From: Kudoa neothunni
Taxonomy: Eukaryota > Animalia > Cnidaria
Direction of reading: 5' to 3'
NCBI GenBank assembly: GCA_964304625.1
Contig: OZ199839.1
Coordinates: 3,212,524 to 3,276,523 of the forward strand
Length of the DNA stretch: 64,000 bases
Program-made: the position numbers and the translations under genes
Notes under the pieces: generated by a model
Told to the model about the DNA's origin: nothing
Databases searched by the model: none
The model's input: the letters and a program-made list of their open reading frames with translations, nothing else
In this document: in pieces, positions 40,310 through 52,533 of the stretch
Numbering within the stretch: position 1 is the first letter of the stretch
Layout: the number at the start of each line of letters is the position of its first letter

Positions 40310-41035
40310 GTTCTTAGACAAAATTCGTACAATTTGAAACTATCAAAATATTTTCCGATTCCAGAGTCGATATAATCAACTGCCTTAGAGAAAATTCAGG
40401 AACAATAGTTGGAATTATTCGATAACTTTCAAATAATACAAAGTTTTTAAATCTGGGATTTTGACTGAGCCGCCCCTTGTCGTTAAGTAAACCACTTGAT
40501 TGCTAGCAACATATCTACTACTTACACACGCACACACATGTTCTATAAATATTTATACAATTAATTATATAATTATTATGAACAAATTATTCACGGTAAT
40601 AAAATTAAATGCGCCAAAAGTATACGTGAAATGACAATCATCTCGAATACATTAACACGCTTATTGTTCTCATGGTTATCACAAGGCTGATTAATGGTTA
40701 TTATATACACCTCAAAGCTAAATAAACATAACATTTAAGATAAATTTAATCATTTAACAGATTGATATGTGAGATATTCGATTTAAATATTCGTAAATAT
40801 TACAATATGACTCTGAGACGAGTTCGGCAGTGTTTAAGTAATAATTTTAGAAAACAAATAATAAAAATGAAGGTGGTATAATTCCTCCGTTATTGTAAAC
40901 ATTTTTCTTTCAGATTTTCTGACTTATACATTAGTTTTTTTTCATTTAATTATTTTACACTGTTTTAACAGTATACGACAGTCAAGTATTCATTTGAATA
41001 AAAAAAAAAGAATAATATTTCATTGGGTAAATTAA

Positions 41036-41879
41036 CCTCCATACTCACAGTGGGGGTCAAAATGACTCCCACCGGACTTAATCGATGTTTTCTTGTTATC
41101 TCTAATTTATTTTTTAAAGTTAATTATTATAATACACAATTAAAATTTGTTATACGCTATCTATAAAGACATGTTAAGCCCCGATACATAAAAAATCACG
41201 TTCATCGCCATTTTTTAATAACTCTGAACAGTATTTAAGCAATTAACGTTGTATTTAAAAACAGGCGCGTTTGATATAATAGAAAAACTAACTTTATTAA
41301 AATATGATTTTAAAAATAATAAGAAATTACTATCTTATTCAAGCAATTGAAGTAGATTGTAACTCGCCGAAAAATTTCTAAACAACTGCTTTAAATAATA
41401 CATAATGTATATGTAACGGAGGAACATTTTAAGTTCCTTATTACAACCAGACTCTCAAGATTTTCATGATGAGATTGATTTATAATTGAACTTTACTATT
41501 GTAACTCATTATTTATGCATTTAATTATATATTCAATAATCAAATCCAACATTTCATTTTATAGAAAATTTAAGAACACAAACAATGAAGTTACGCAATT
41601 TTTAATGCATTATTTTTAAAGGAGGTTTCATTTTTGAAAATGCTCTCTGAGTCAGTTTGTCTTCGAATGTGTGTTGATTGTTCGGACCATTTTCTCCCTC
41701 CTTAAATGCCACCGCGTAGATTTTTCGTTGATTAAATTTTATGTTTTCTATATCAATAAATGAACTTTTATTATATTTAAAAGCCATTGTTAAAAAAATG
41801 TAAGAATTTTCTCAAAAAGGCTGGGGTTCAAAATGACTTCCACCTTGCGGAACGTTATTTTTTAGTATATGTATAAGGG
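41036..41879. mobile_element. Non-autonomous piggyBac-type element
   Basis: TTAA|CCTCCATAC ... GTATAAGGG|TTAA. Repeated subterminal motif GGGGTCAAAATGACTCCACC near both ends. Confidence 0.65.
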
Positions 41880-42167
41880 TTAATGATAAAGTACATTTTA
41901 TGTGTGATTTATTAAATATTTCAGGTATATGGCAATTTTTATTCAAAAAATTAAAAAAAGGAACATTATTATAAATTCCTAGGTTGGTGGTTGGTCAAGG
42001 TGTTTATCTTTCTAATCACAAATTTGAGTATATTGGAAGCGAAATGTTCAGTTTACGTTACTTCATAAGCCACCAACGCAAGACTTAATAACCATTGTTG
42101 TAAATTGCGTAATCTACACCGAGGCTCTTCAAACTGGGAGGTAACTTTAGACATACTAGGGGTAAAT

Positions 42168-42478
42168 GTGTACGCTCGCTGTGAAGTGGGATGAGCGTGA
42201 ATAGGAGTTTGAATCTCTGGAACCCATCGAAAGGCATAATGATTTGCAGTTCCCACAGAGCCAACGTCCTTAAAGGGATAGGGTTTGGGGCGGTGGTCGC
42301 CCTGAGACGAGGATGTTTTGTGGGTTAAAGTCCCACACTACCGCATAAAGATAAGCGACGGGGTTTCATGTTACGTCCTGCGGTGCCTAAAGCGTTAATG
42401 GAACAGGTCTGACCAACCAGAATTCCACAACCTAATAAGTTGCGCCAGGGGTCTTACCTTGTAAAAAAAGACAAAAAA
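42168..42478 (+). mobile_element. SINE family A copy 3, 5'-truncated
   Basis: Reverse complement of copies 1 and 2, lacking the tRNA head; A-rich tail; TSD ACTAGGGGTAAAT / ACTAGGGGGTAAAT. Confidence 0.9.
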
Positions 42479-43916
42479 ACTAGGGGGTAAATTGTTGATC
42501 ATTAGAGTTGAGTATACTACGATAAATATTTTAGAATATAAAACTGCAAATAACTGAATTCCGAGTTATTCGATACTTTACTCTTATTATTAGGGTTTAA
42601 AAAGTAGATTATCGAGTAGCCTTGATACTCAACAAATTTTCGAAATTTCAAGCAAATGTCGTTATTTAGATGATTATCCGAATTTTTTCGGACATAAACT
42701 TAAACAGTTAAGATTTACAACGACTATATTTGTATACTAATGTAAACTACCCGGTTTCGTTTTGGATCGTTAAATTCCGCGTAGAAAAATCGGAAGAAAC
42801 ATTCAATTTGTATATTAATCCTTTCTATTAACCCATCGAAGTGTATATATAGAGATTAAATGTATTAAATCATAGAAACCTCCAAATCTAATAATTACTT
42901 GGAAAAATATTAAAAAAAAGTTAGATATAAAATTTGTAGACTCCAGAAAAAATTGAACAAATATAATATATTTAGCGACACAATTTTCCACAAAAATCAC
43001 TTTTATTGTATTTTTTTGTTTTGTGGAATTGACATTCATAAAAAATTATTATTGAAACAAAAATTGGTTTAGATTTTTTGTTCTAGGTATTAAGTGGAAT
43101 GAATATTAAAGATTCACAATAAGGTCGCTTTTAAAATTTAATGTTAAAAGTTTTATCATAAAATGACTATAACTTTTCTCTTGATGATAAATAATTGACA
43201 ACGAAAATTTATAAACTAAAATAAATGTTATTTTATCGTATTATACATTTAAAAATATTATTGATGATAAATAAAAATTGTTAGAAATGATTTTTTATAA
43301 TAAAATATGTAAAGCTTATATTTAATAATTGAATCGTATAACTGTTAAACGAAAGTTTATTAGAAATGTTTCCAATTCACGCCAACAACATAAAAGGTAA
43401 CATATGGACAATAAAATAGGGTTTTATTGGTTTTTGGAAACTTTACGAAGATTTCACGTGTGTCCGACCATTTTGCATTCGGGATTTAGAAATAAAAATT
43501 AAAGTTATAAAAATTAGCTGAATTACCTCTTTCGATGCTATATTATTTATGATGAAATATCGTGATTAAATTGTTGAATAAATTAAATCCAGTCCGGCAA
43601 AAATTCCCATACAACTGTTTGAATCGTTGAATCCTGGGATTTATCCAGTTTTTCACAACTTGTTTTTTTCCCGATACATAAGTAGAAATATTTAAAAAAA
43701 TGGATCGGATTCTATATAATGATAATTTCTCGCCGAATTTATGTATAAAAATTTGGAGTCAAGTTGACCTTAAATCTTTATCAAAGTAAATTTTTTAAGA
43801 ACCCTCTTATTTCGTTTTGTTGATAAAATAAATGAAATATATTCACCATTAAAATAAATTAGGAAAATGTAAATTTTACAAAATTTTATCAATCAAAAAG
43901 AATTATCTCAAATTGA

Positions 43917-44821
43917 CCCTCTAGTGAATTTTGGCTAAATTTGTACCCCAATAAAAAGTTATTGGATGTATACGTGATTTGTTTCCTTTCATAAGATGTG
44001 AGTTTTTCTCTAATCTTCCAAAAAGGGTAGTAATATATGATTTTAAAATATTATGAATAAAAATATATAATCAGAAAAATTACCCCAGATTTTTTTTACA
44101 ACATTTGATAGATAAGATAATAATTATTACATGAATAAAAATTTTTTTAAATTGATTATGAATACTTTAAAACTGAGTAGTCGTAAGAATCTGACTATAT
44201 TGAAAACTTTGAGAATTCGGATCAATCTACAATCAGTAATGACAACCTATGGTGGTGTTTTTTTATTTAATGGATTTATTATTTATAAATGTGTTTTCCA
44301 TATACATAAAAACTTGGGAGATAATATGGTTAGGAGAAAGACTTGGAAAATAAGCCAAAGTTGCTATATCTTTCCATTAATGTAAAGAAACATTGTAAAC
44401 CTCAAAATCCTAAGAGCTCGATCTTATCTATTCTGTTATGACTCAGCATACCAAATAAATAAACGATATTTTCAAGGTTTGAATGCTGTTTACGGACAAT
44501 TGATAAGAAACCCGCTACCGCTTGTTTCAGATGTATGAAACTATCACAAAATTCATTCTGAATGCTTGCAAATCGTATTCTCATTAAATATTCTATTTTA
44601 TTGCACTTATAATAATTAAAATATTGATTACATGATATAAATGTGTAAATTATTCAAACATTAAGTCAATCAAAAATTGTCATTGTGGATTTTTCCTATT
44701 TTTATTTTCTGAAATCAAATATTTCTTATGATGGAATGGAATGGAGAAATAAAAAACTGGGGTAATTTTTTACCTCCAAATTCATAGGGGTGCGTGCAGT
44801 CGATTTTTAGTACATTAGAGG
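43917..44821. mobile_element. Decayed piggyBac-type element
   Basis: TTGA|CCCTCTAGTG ... CATTAGAGG|TTAA, with internal AAAAATTACCCCAG / CTGGGGTAATTTTT inverted motifs. Confidence 0.5.
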
Positions 44822-45478
44822 TTAATATTGGACTTTGGTCATTTTGACCCAAGGGGCTTTAAAAAGTTAACTAAACATCTTTAAAAATCTTAAAAATTAA
44901 ATTAACATTGAGCTCACCATATAATTTTCAATATAAACCAATTTAAAAGAGTTGACACAATTGATTTAGAGCTGCAAATGATTATATGAGAGGTGACAAT
45001 TACGCTTGTTTCAAAAGTTGGATGTTAATCCTTCGTTTGAGTTTGTTCGTTTTTGTTTGTATAAGATCCTATTTAACGCGTCAAATACTTGAAACGAGCA
45101 CACCAACATGCAATATCTGAATTGTATGAACACGGAAAATTAGTTATGGTTAATGGGGAAAAAATTTAATTAAACTATAATATTGCGAATTTAATTTTTA
45201 TTCAAATTGAGAATATTAGTGTATATTTTTGAATTTGACTTCTATTTTCCGATTTAATGTATTATAGAAAATGTTCTGGACTTAGAGTAGAACCTTTAAT
45301 CCTCCATGACTTTTCTATATCGGAATGATGTACTCTCCAGTATTCTAGCAGGCCTAAATAAGCAAAGTAATAATAGAATGTGATTTTACATATAGAATTA
45401 ACATACCTTGAAAAGGCAAATCTTGATACAACAAACTAAATACAATCATATTTATAAAATATATAAACAATAAAATAT

Positions 45479-46293
45479 TTAGATAGGGTTATCAGAATTA
45501 GAATCTAATATATTATTATATATCAAATTGCAATAGCTTGGATTGAGAAGAATGTGCCAACAATGATTGTTCATTTTGGTTAAAACTCCTATTAATGTAA
45601 AAACCAGTGTGCTATACAATAGAAAAATTGCTCTAAGGGACAATAGTTTCGATTGTAGCAATATAGCTTTGAATAGGAGCTCACAATGTTACGAATGAAA
45701 GCGAATACTTTTGTTGGACACTACAAAAAATAACAAAAAACTATAGAAATTTAACAGTAATTACATTATTGCTGAGGTTATCTTCACATAATGCTGATAA
45801 TACACGAATTTTAATAGCCAGAGACACAATCTTTCGAATATATTTAAAACTAATTTTCGAATGAGACTGATACCGTGCAAGGTAGACAATGCTTGTATGA
45901 TGCTAGTGAAAGTACTATAGGAATTATAACTAAATGCAAAACGATATTTTTGTAACTTTCATTGTTTGAATTACACAAGGCCATCAATTCGCATATTACA
46001 TCACTTGGATATAAGCTGTTAATTATTTGTTCCAAAGGATAAATAGTGGATTCATGTTTGTCGCACTTAAAATTGTTAATCATGTAACAATAGGAATGCT
46101 GACAATACATCAGGTCGTGTTTCGCATTCTGGAATGGTAATTGTGTTGAGATACATTTGAAGATCGCTAATCAATAATACTGAGAACAGGCTTTATTAGA
46201 ACTAATATTCCCTGACTTTTAATTGGAGAAAATATGTAAGAGAGAACTTGATTGAAAAAAATGTCAAAAAAATAAAATATTACAAAATATCGC
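45479..46293 (-). pseudogene. Secreted two-domain saposin-like (SapB) protein, disrupted
   Basis: Hydrophobic 5' segment. Domain 1: ...ECETRPD/CDKH..IINSLYPSDVICELMALC. Domain 2: HCLPCT...LSALCEDNLSNN/CPTK..SYSKLYCYNRNYC. Both fit the saposin C-x2-C...C...C...C-x5-C spacing. Stops and frameshifts present. Confidence 0.6.
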
Positions 46294-46733
46294 ACAAAAA
46301 TTAATCATTATAGTTTACTATTTGCGACTGTTCTTAAAACATCTATTAAATTATTTCGTGTTTATGTAGTTATGTAGATTCAACCAAATGCATATAATGC
46401 CACTGTGATTTCTTTTCAAATTAAGAAAGTTTATCTGTACACTGAGAGACTTATCTTTCAATAGAAAATATACATTGGTTATTTGGCATTATAAGAGTTT
46501 TATCACTAATTTGTCTAGCAATATTGCCAGTTATTCAAGGTTCAAGAATGCTATTAAATTATACTCTTATATTGGCCACATAAACACAAGATTTTATCCT
46601 TGGTATGATTACTTCTTTTAAACATAAGCAAAAATTATTATATAACAATGAGTTAATTAGTTCCCTTTGTGTTTTAAAATATATAAGAATAAATATTTTG
46701 ATTAATATTAACAATAATTAGGTTTTTTGCTTA

Positions 46734-47234
46734 TTTTTTGTTTACAAGGTAAAACCTCCTACGCAACTTATTAGGTTGTGAAGTTATGGTTGATTAGACC
46801 ACCATCATTAACGCTGTAAGCACAGCAGGATAAATAAAATCTACCCCTCGTTCTTTATGTTTCTGCGGTTGTGTGGGAGTTTGACCCATTGACCGTCCTT
46901 GTTTCGGGAAACCACGACCTCAACCATACCTTGGATTAACCCAGAATTTGTATTGGAAAATCGTCTAAATGTGGATATTGGCTCTACGGAAACCCCCTAC
47001 GAGGTTTTATTTCGTTCTTGTGCTCGGCGTTTATGAGCGCCAGAGACCTACCCTTCCGCCAGACTCCCCTCTCAGTTGCAAGCAAGACCACGAAAAATTG
47101 TAGATCCCCGCGATCTCTACAGTGTTCCTACTTAATTTCGGATTAGGAGTACGGGAACGCCTGGACTAGGCCTCGAACTAGAAACCTCACGGTATACGAG
47201 CCGCACCTAACACCACTATGCCATATTGTCCAGG
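46734..47234 (-). mobile_element. tRNA-derived SINE, family B (different head and body, shared 3' tail with family A)
   Basis: 46734-~46930 aligns with the family A tail (TTTTGTTTACAAGGTAAA...GCAACTTATTAGGTTGTG...CATTAACGCT). Minus-strand head CCTGGAC..TGGCATAGTGG..GTTCGAGGCC..GTCCAGG (47160-47234) has A and B boxes and complementary termini. Confidence 0.8.
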
Positions 47235-48299
47235 TTACATTCCACACTACCGGGCGTAGCTAGATGTTCGCGCTGATAATTATATAAATTTATTTATTCA
47301 ATTAGCTCAATAATATTTCCACCGTTTTGTTTTTAATTCCGAAATATGTATATACCTATTATGTATTTTTTAAATTTGTTTAATTATTAAATTTAAATAC
47401 AATGCAAACTCTGACTTCGACCACAATCCGTTTTAGAAGTGTGTTCGAATTCCAAATAATTGTTTCCCGTGTAAAACAATGAAAATTAATTTAATCCGTT
47501 ACCGCACATCAAATAAATGACTATTTTTATTCTTATTTATAATAAAAACGAAATATAGGATAAATATTTTTTTGTTGTTATACGAAAGACGATAAAAGTT
47601 TCTCTTTCGAAGACGGTTGCATATACTAAATTTATTAAGAAAACAATATCACAAACATGAGTAAGAATGATTTACATAATTTTTCTCATAATTGTATTCT
47701 ATGCTGACGCTTCTATTAGATTATATCCCTTATGAAACATTAAATGTGAAAATAATATAATTAAAGCCAGAATGCACTGTTTTGTTTAATAGATTGATTA
47801 AACTTCGTTTAGAATTAGTAAACATAACGTAATAATTTAATTAACTGAAATAACTGTTTTATTGCAGTTTATAGATCACTTATATAAAAAATCAAATAAT
47901 ATTGATTTATAAAACAACTGAATATAATTTCTAGCGTAATACTCTCCCGGAGTTTAGTTAATGGCATGATTAAGTTTAGTAATGTTTATTTTTCAATGAC
48001 AGAAACTCCACATAAAACCGTGATCGGCCATTGTATTCCTGCCCTACTTTTAATACATTTAATGATGCCTAAATTAAGGTTTGCGGAATATTAGTTGTTT
48101 TTGGGTTGGAAAAAATTTATATATTTTTAAAAAATCAATATTTTAAGGATGAAGAGGATATTGATCCAACAAAACTAAAACTTTTCTGTTCTCATCTATC
48201 ATTATTTTGTTTAATTTTCTCAATATGTTTATAAATATATTACATCAAATCCATGTTTTTTGAATAATATTCACGCGGTAGATGTTTAATCCAGTTAAA

Positions 48300-48956
48300 A
48301 CGTCTAAGATTCTGAAATTTACCAGTAAAAACTGATGGGAGTTTATCCCTATTTAAAGAAGAGTGGCAGTAAAACAGTCACTCCTTTTTTATATTTTTTC
48401 TCTTATATTCCAATATCATCCTTTAAAACATAACCAATGTTTTGTAACCGCTCATAAAAGAAGGACAGTATCATCAATGTTTATAACGTCTATAGGAGTA
48501 TATGCCTTAACTGAATTAATGTTTTCAACATTCCATGAGTCAGCAGGTGAAATATCTGTATTCGCATTTTCATCATGAAACATTTTGAAAGCTATCCCAT
48601 ATCTGGGGTGGACTCTGAAAGTCACATTTAACTAGACTTTAAATTGGGAATTTCTTATTTATTTGCAATATATAAAGCAATTTCCATAAGAGCATATCTC
48701 GGCAGATCATTATCATTCGACCATTGTTTAACGAACCAATCATATAAAAACTCACCATCTATATTTTTGATTTGTTAGAAAAATATGTGATTCTTTTTAG
48801 TTTCAAAATTCGTATTTTTGAATTTATCTTCGTGTGAACGAATTCTATCAGTTTCTAAGTGACCTTTAATGAGGCAATATATTAATATTTAACTTAGATC
48901 ACCATATCACTCGATTTAAACTTAGAAATTGTCATTTTTTCGACAATTTTCGACAT
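48300..48956 (-). pseudogene. Unidentified intron-containing gene remnant
   Basis: ATG at 48956 with GT-AG-bounded open blocks (GEFLYDWFVKQWSNDNDLPRYALME; LNVTFRVHPRYGIAFKMFHDEN) interrupted by stops. No family recognised. Confidence 0.3.
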
Positions 48957-49287
48957 TTTTATCGAATTATAATAATCAATGATTTCTCCTTTCTCTTAAC
49001 TATTACCTATTTAGAGGACATAATGAAGCACACTCTTAATATTATATAAATCGGCCACAAAAACCACGTAACAACGTAACTTAAGGTATAAATTAAAAAC
49101 TTTTTTATTTTTTAATGTTAACTGTATTTACAAAATGATAAAATAATACCAAAAAACTAGGTTTCCCTCAAAAAAGAATAACGCCGAAATTACGCAATAT
49201 CCAATCTCGATTGTATATATTATATACTGATATAATAAAACTAACCAGAATAACAATAATTTGTTATAACCATATATACTATGGTTA

Positions 49288-50186
49288 CTATCTAAGGACA
49301 CAACTATATATAATTCCATCTATCTTTAAACCTCGCATAGTATCTCTAACGAAGGTTGCATATGCGCCAGTACTTTTGTCCAACAATGCAGCAGCATCTA
49401 AATTTACATTTTTGTAGTAAATATATCAGTCTATGTATATTTGCGCACGAGAATATACTTATGTTCAATGGATCTATCGTGTCAGGCTCCTATGGAATTG
49501 TAAATGGCACAAATGTGCGTGAATACATTTTAGAAAATTTACCAATAATATATTCAACAGCCCAAGAACAACATGGCCAATATCCATAACGGGTTTCCAA
49601 TCCAACCTAAAGTTACATTCAATCATCCATCTACTTCTCATTTTTTCAATGCATCACCTCAATATATTAAGGCACACATTCCCATCAGTGTTTATGTTGG
49701 GATGAAAAACCTAAGCATTCCAAATACAACAATTATTTTATACGGGAACCACAACAATTTACCACATCATTGCATTTGACCGAAGGTGGCTCGAAAGGAT
49801 ATGATGAAGGTACCTTGGCAAATAAATATAGAGTTCAAAACGATAAATAGTAAAAATAATAATTTGTTGGGCCACAATTGGCTTCGAATTTAAAACAAGA
49901 CCTACCGACATATCGAATGTAAATGTTCCGTTACTATAAAAACCCTACATTAAGTTTGAAAAAATTAATTGAATAGTTTGACAAACAATAAGCACTTCCA
50001 CAGGAGTTATAGTCACTTCCATTTCAGTAAGTGTGTCATTTTTCAAGCTGATCTTACAACATTCCGGTAGATCTAATGTACGTAGATCTAAACAATCAAT
50101 TATAGCTAAATTTGTAGATTTTTTTGTTTGTCACCTTTGTGTAGGCGTAACATAGCTGCTGTTGTCTTGCTTTTGCCGTTTTTCAT
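49288..50186 (-). CDS. UBC12: NEDD8-conjugating E2 enzyme Ubc12 (UBE2M)
   Basis: Spliced translation MKNGKSKTTAAMLRLHK/DLRTLDLPECCKISLKNDTLTEMEVTITPVE/GFYSNGTFTFDMS/VPSSYPFEPPSVKCNDV/VFHPNINTDGNVCLNILR/LDWKPVMDIGHVVLGLL...EPDTIDPLNI/DAAALL...VRDTMRG...CVLR*. HPN motif, catalytic Cys in GNVCLNILR, and DWKPV and MRG are typical of Ubc12. Missed by the ORF track because of short exons. Confidence 0.93.
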
Positions 50187-50523
50187 TCCTCTAAAATAAT
50201 TATATTATCCCCAAACAATAATGTGTAATTAATTTTCACAAAACCAATCCAACTATTTTTTTCAAATTCAGTAGTCAAAAAAGGCGCATATTTTTAAAAT
50301 CAACCTCACCTAGAAATCTATTAAAGTACCTATTAATGAATGCGCACACTGAGATGTCTCGAACAGGTATTGTGATACCTCATGACAGTTGTTTCGTGTT
50401 GGATTAATTGGTATGATGCTCTCGGAACGTTCCAAACAATAGAAGAATTTTTGTTTTTACCAAAACGATAATGTGTCACACCCTATAGTCATAGCTTTGT
50501 AGCTCAATGTGCCCGTCATTAAC

Positions 50524-50524
<1 letters not shown>

Positions 50525-50556
<32 letters not shown>
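50525..50556. repeat. (TTA)n microsatellite
   Basis: About 10 perfect TTA units. Confidence 0.95.
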
Positions 50557-51183
50557 GTGAGAGTTTGTTACAGATAGGAGTTGTGGTTTTATTTCTATCA
50601 TTAATTATTATCTATGGTATTCTATAGTTGGAGACTTTCTTCTAATTAATATTGGGTGTGTCCTGCTAATTCTAATATGGATAACACTGTTACTACCCTT
50701 TTTTTACCAAGCAGATTATTCATTATCTTATCGATATTAAATTCAAATTTTCTATTATTGAACATTATCAATAGTAGAGATTGACTTCATTTTGATGAAA
50801 TTATTGCTTTTTTAGATGGAGTATTTATTGCACCAAAAATGATCTATTTCCCTCTAACCTCAGAGCATACATATCTTCACCTGGTGAAGTTATGCGAAAA
50901 TTTCTGAATTTGTTGAATGAAAAATTGTTTGAAACCATTAACTATGATCAGTGAGGTAACCACCAACGAACTTCATTTACGTTGGCTATCCAAGATGGGA
51001 CTAAAGATTTAACTCATCCAGATTATTTCTCGTGGTTTTCCCCACGCCTACTATACTACAGCTACAGCACGTCGAAGACGGGACTCTTTTTTTCGCAAAA
51101 TTTCGTTTTTTCAATATTTCCTGATAGATTTTTCCTTTGTTTACATGTGTTCATTTAAACATGGATCAAACTCACATCTTTAA

Positions 51184-51783
51184 CCTTCCGAGCGTTTCTA
51201 AGGTCAAATTGGCCTCAGAACATATTGTATTATTGTACTACAAGTTTCATTCACAGAGAAGAATTTAACCACGGTAATATCTGGTGTATTTTCCTAAACA
51301 TACAATATCTTATAATTATTAAATAGAAATTAGAAAAAATAGAATAAACAATGATATACAAAAAAATACACTTGGTGCTTTTGGGGTCAATCCGACTTTG
51401 ACCCCAGGATTTTTATTATTACTTCAAATGATACTAAATAATTCAAAGAATGAATAGTGGGGTTTGATTGAATTCTGCGGGCAGAATACTGGGGAAATAA
51501 TGAACACATATACACTAGATCATACACGCGGACACGGATACATTCGTTTTACCGCGCCATTCGCACAAAATTAACCCCAACATGCTAGCAAAAGCCTATG
51601 GAAGATTTCGATGAGATTTTTCTCAGTGAAAATGAGAGCTATTTTAACGAAATATTTAATGTCAATTATTTTAATTATCAAAATTCTAGTCGTGATGGAT
51701 CTGACGATAAAGATGAGTATTTGAATGTGTTTTGTGAGAAGACTAATGTTTATGGCCTAAATTATATCCAAGGGGCGATATAA
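51184..51783 (+). mobile_element. Left end of a piggyBac-type element
   Basis: TTAA|CCTTCCGAGC terminus, GGGGTCAA..TTGACCCC subterminal palindrome, and acidic ORF 51598-51783 like a piggyBac N-terminus. No right end found. Confidence 0.45.
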
Positions 51784-52533
51784 AAAAATTTGTTAATTGT
51801 TTACGTTCCATAGAAGCTGGATTAAAATGGTTAAGTGTTTATTTTTACTTTTTCTCTGCCCTCGAGAAGATTACGTAATAGTGGTTAACAACATTTGGAA
51901 ACTAATTTGTTACTCACATTACGAATGAACTTCATTTATTAATATTTTTAGTAGAAAAAATTAAACCATTTTTACACGTCAATAATTCATTTATCTCATT
52001 AATTCGTTACAATAAACTCCAAGTCGATGAATTTCTATTTAATTTAACTATGATTATATAATTATTTATTGCATTTAACGACGTAATAAAAGGCGAAATG
52101 GATGTTGTATTTAATCATTCACACCTAGAGAAAATTATAATTCGATAAAAAATTAAAATCAGTGGAAAATTTAATGTTTTATTATATTTTATGATTGAAA
52201 ATATTATCTTCTATTTAATTATTCCCATTTAATGAATTTCTATGTAGTGATTAATAAAATTAAAGAATTGATTTTTTTCTAAATTTTTAATTTATATCTG
52301 AAACAAAAAATTACTCTCAATAATATTTTATGATAATTTAGATAAATATTATATCAACTTAGTTCGGAAGAAATTGGAAAAATAATTTCTTATGAGATTT
52401 TCTCAAAAATGTAATTAAACTAAATTTTGGAGTTTGAAAGAAATTTCGACGAACAATTAAGCTTAAAAATTGAATTTTGCGCAGTTTAATGCGCATGTAG
52501 GATATTGAAGCCTGAGGTTATGTTGTCGGTTAA

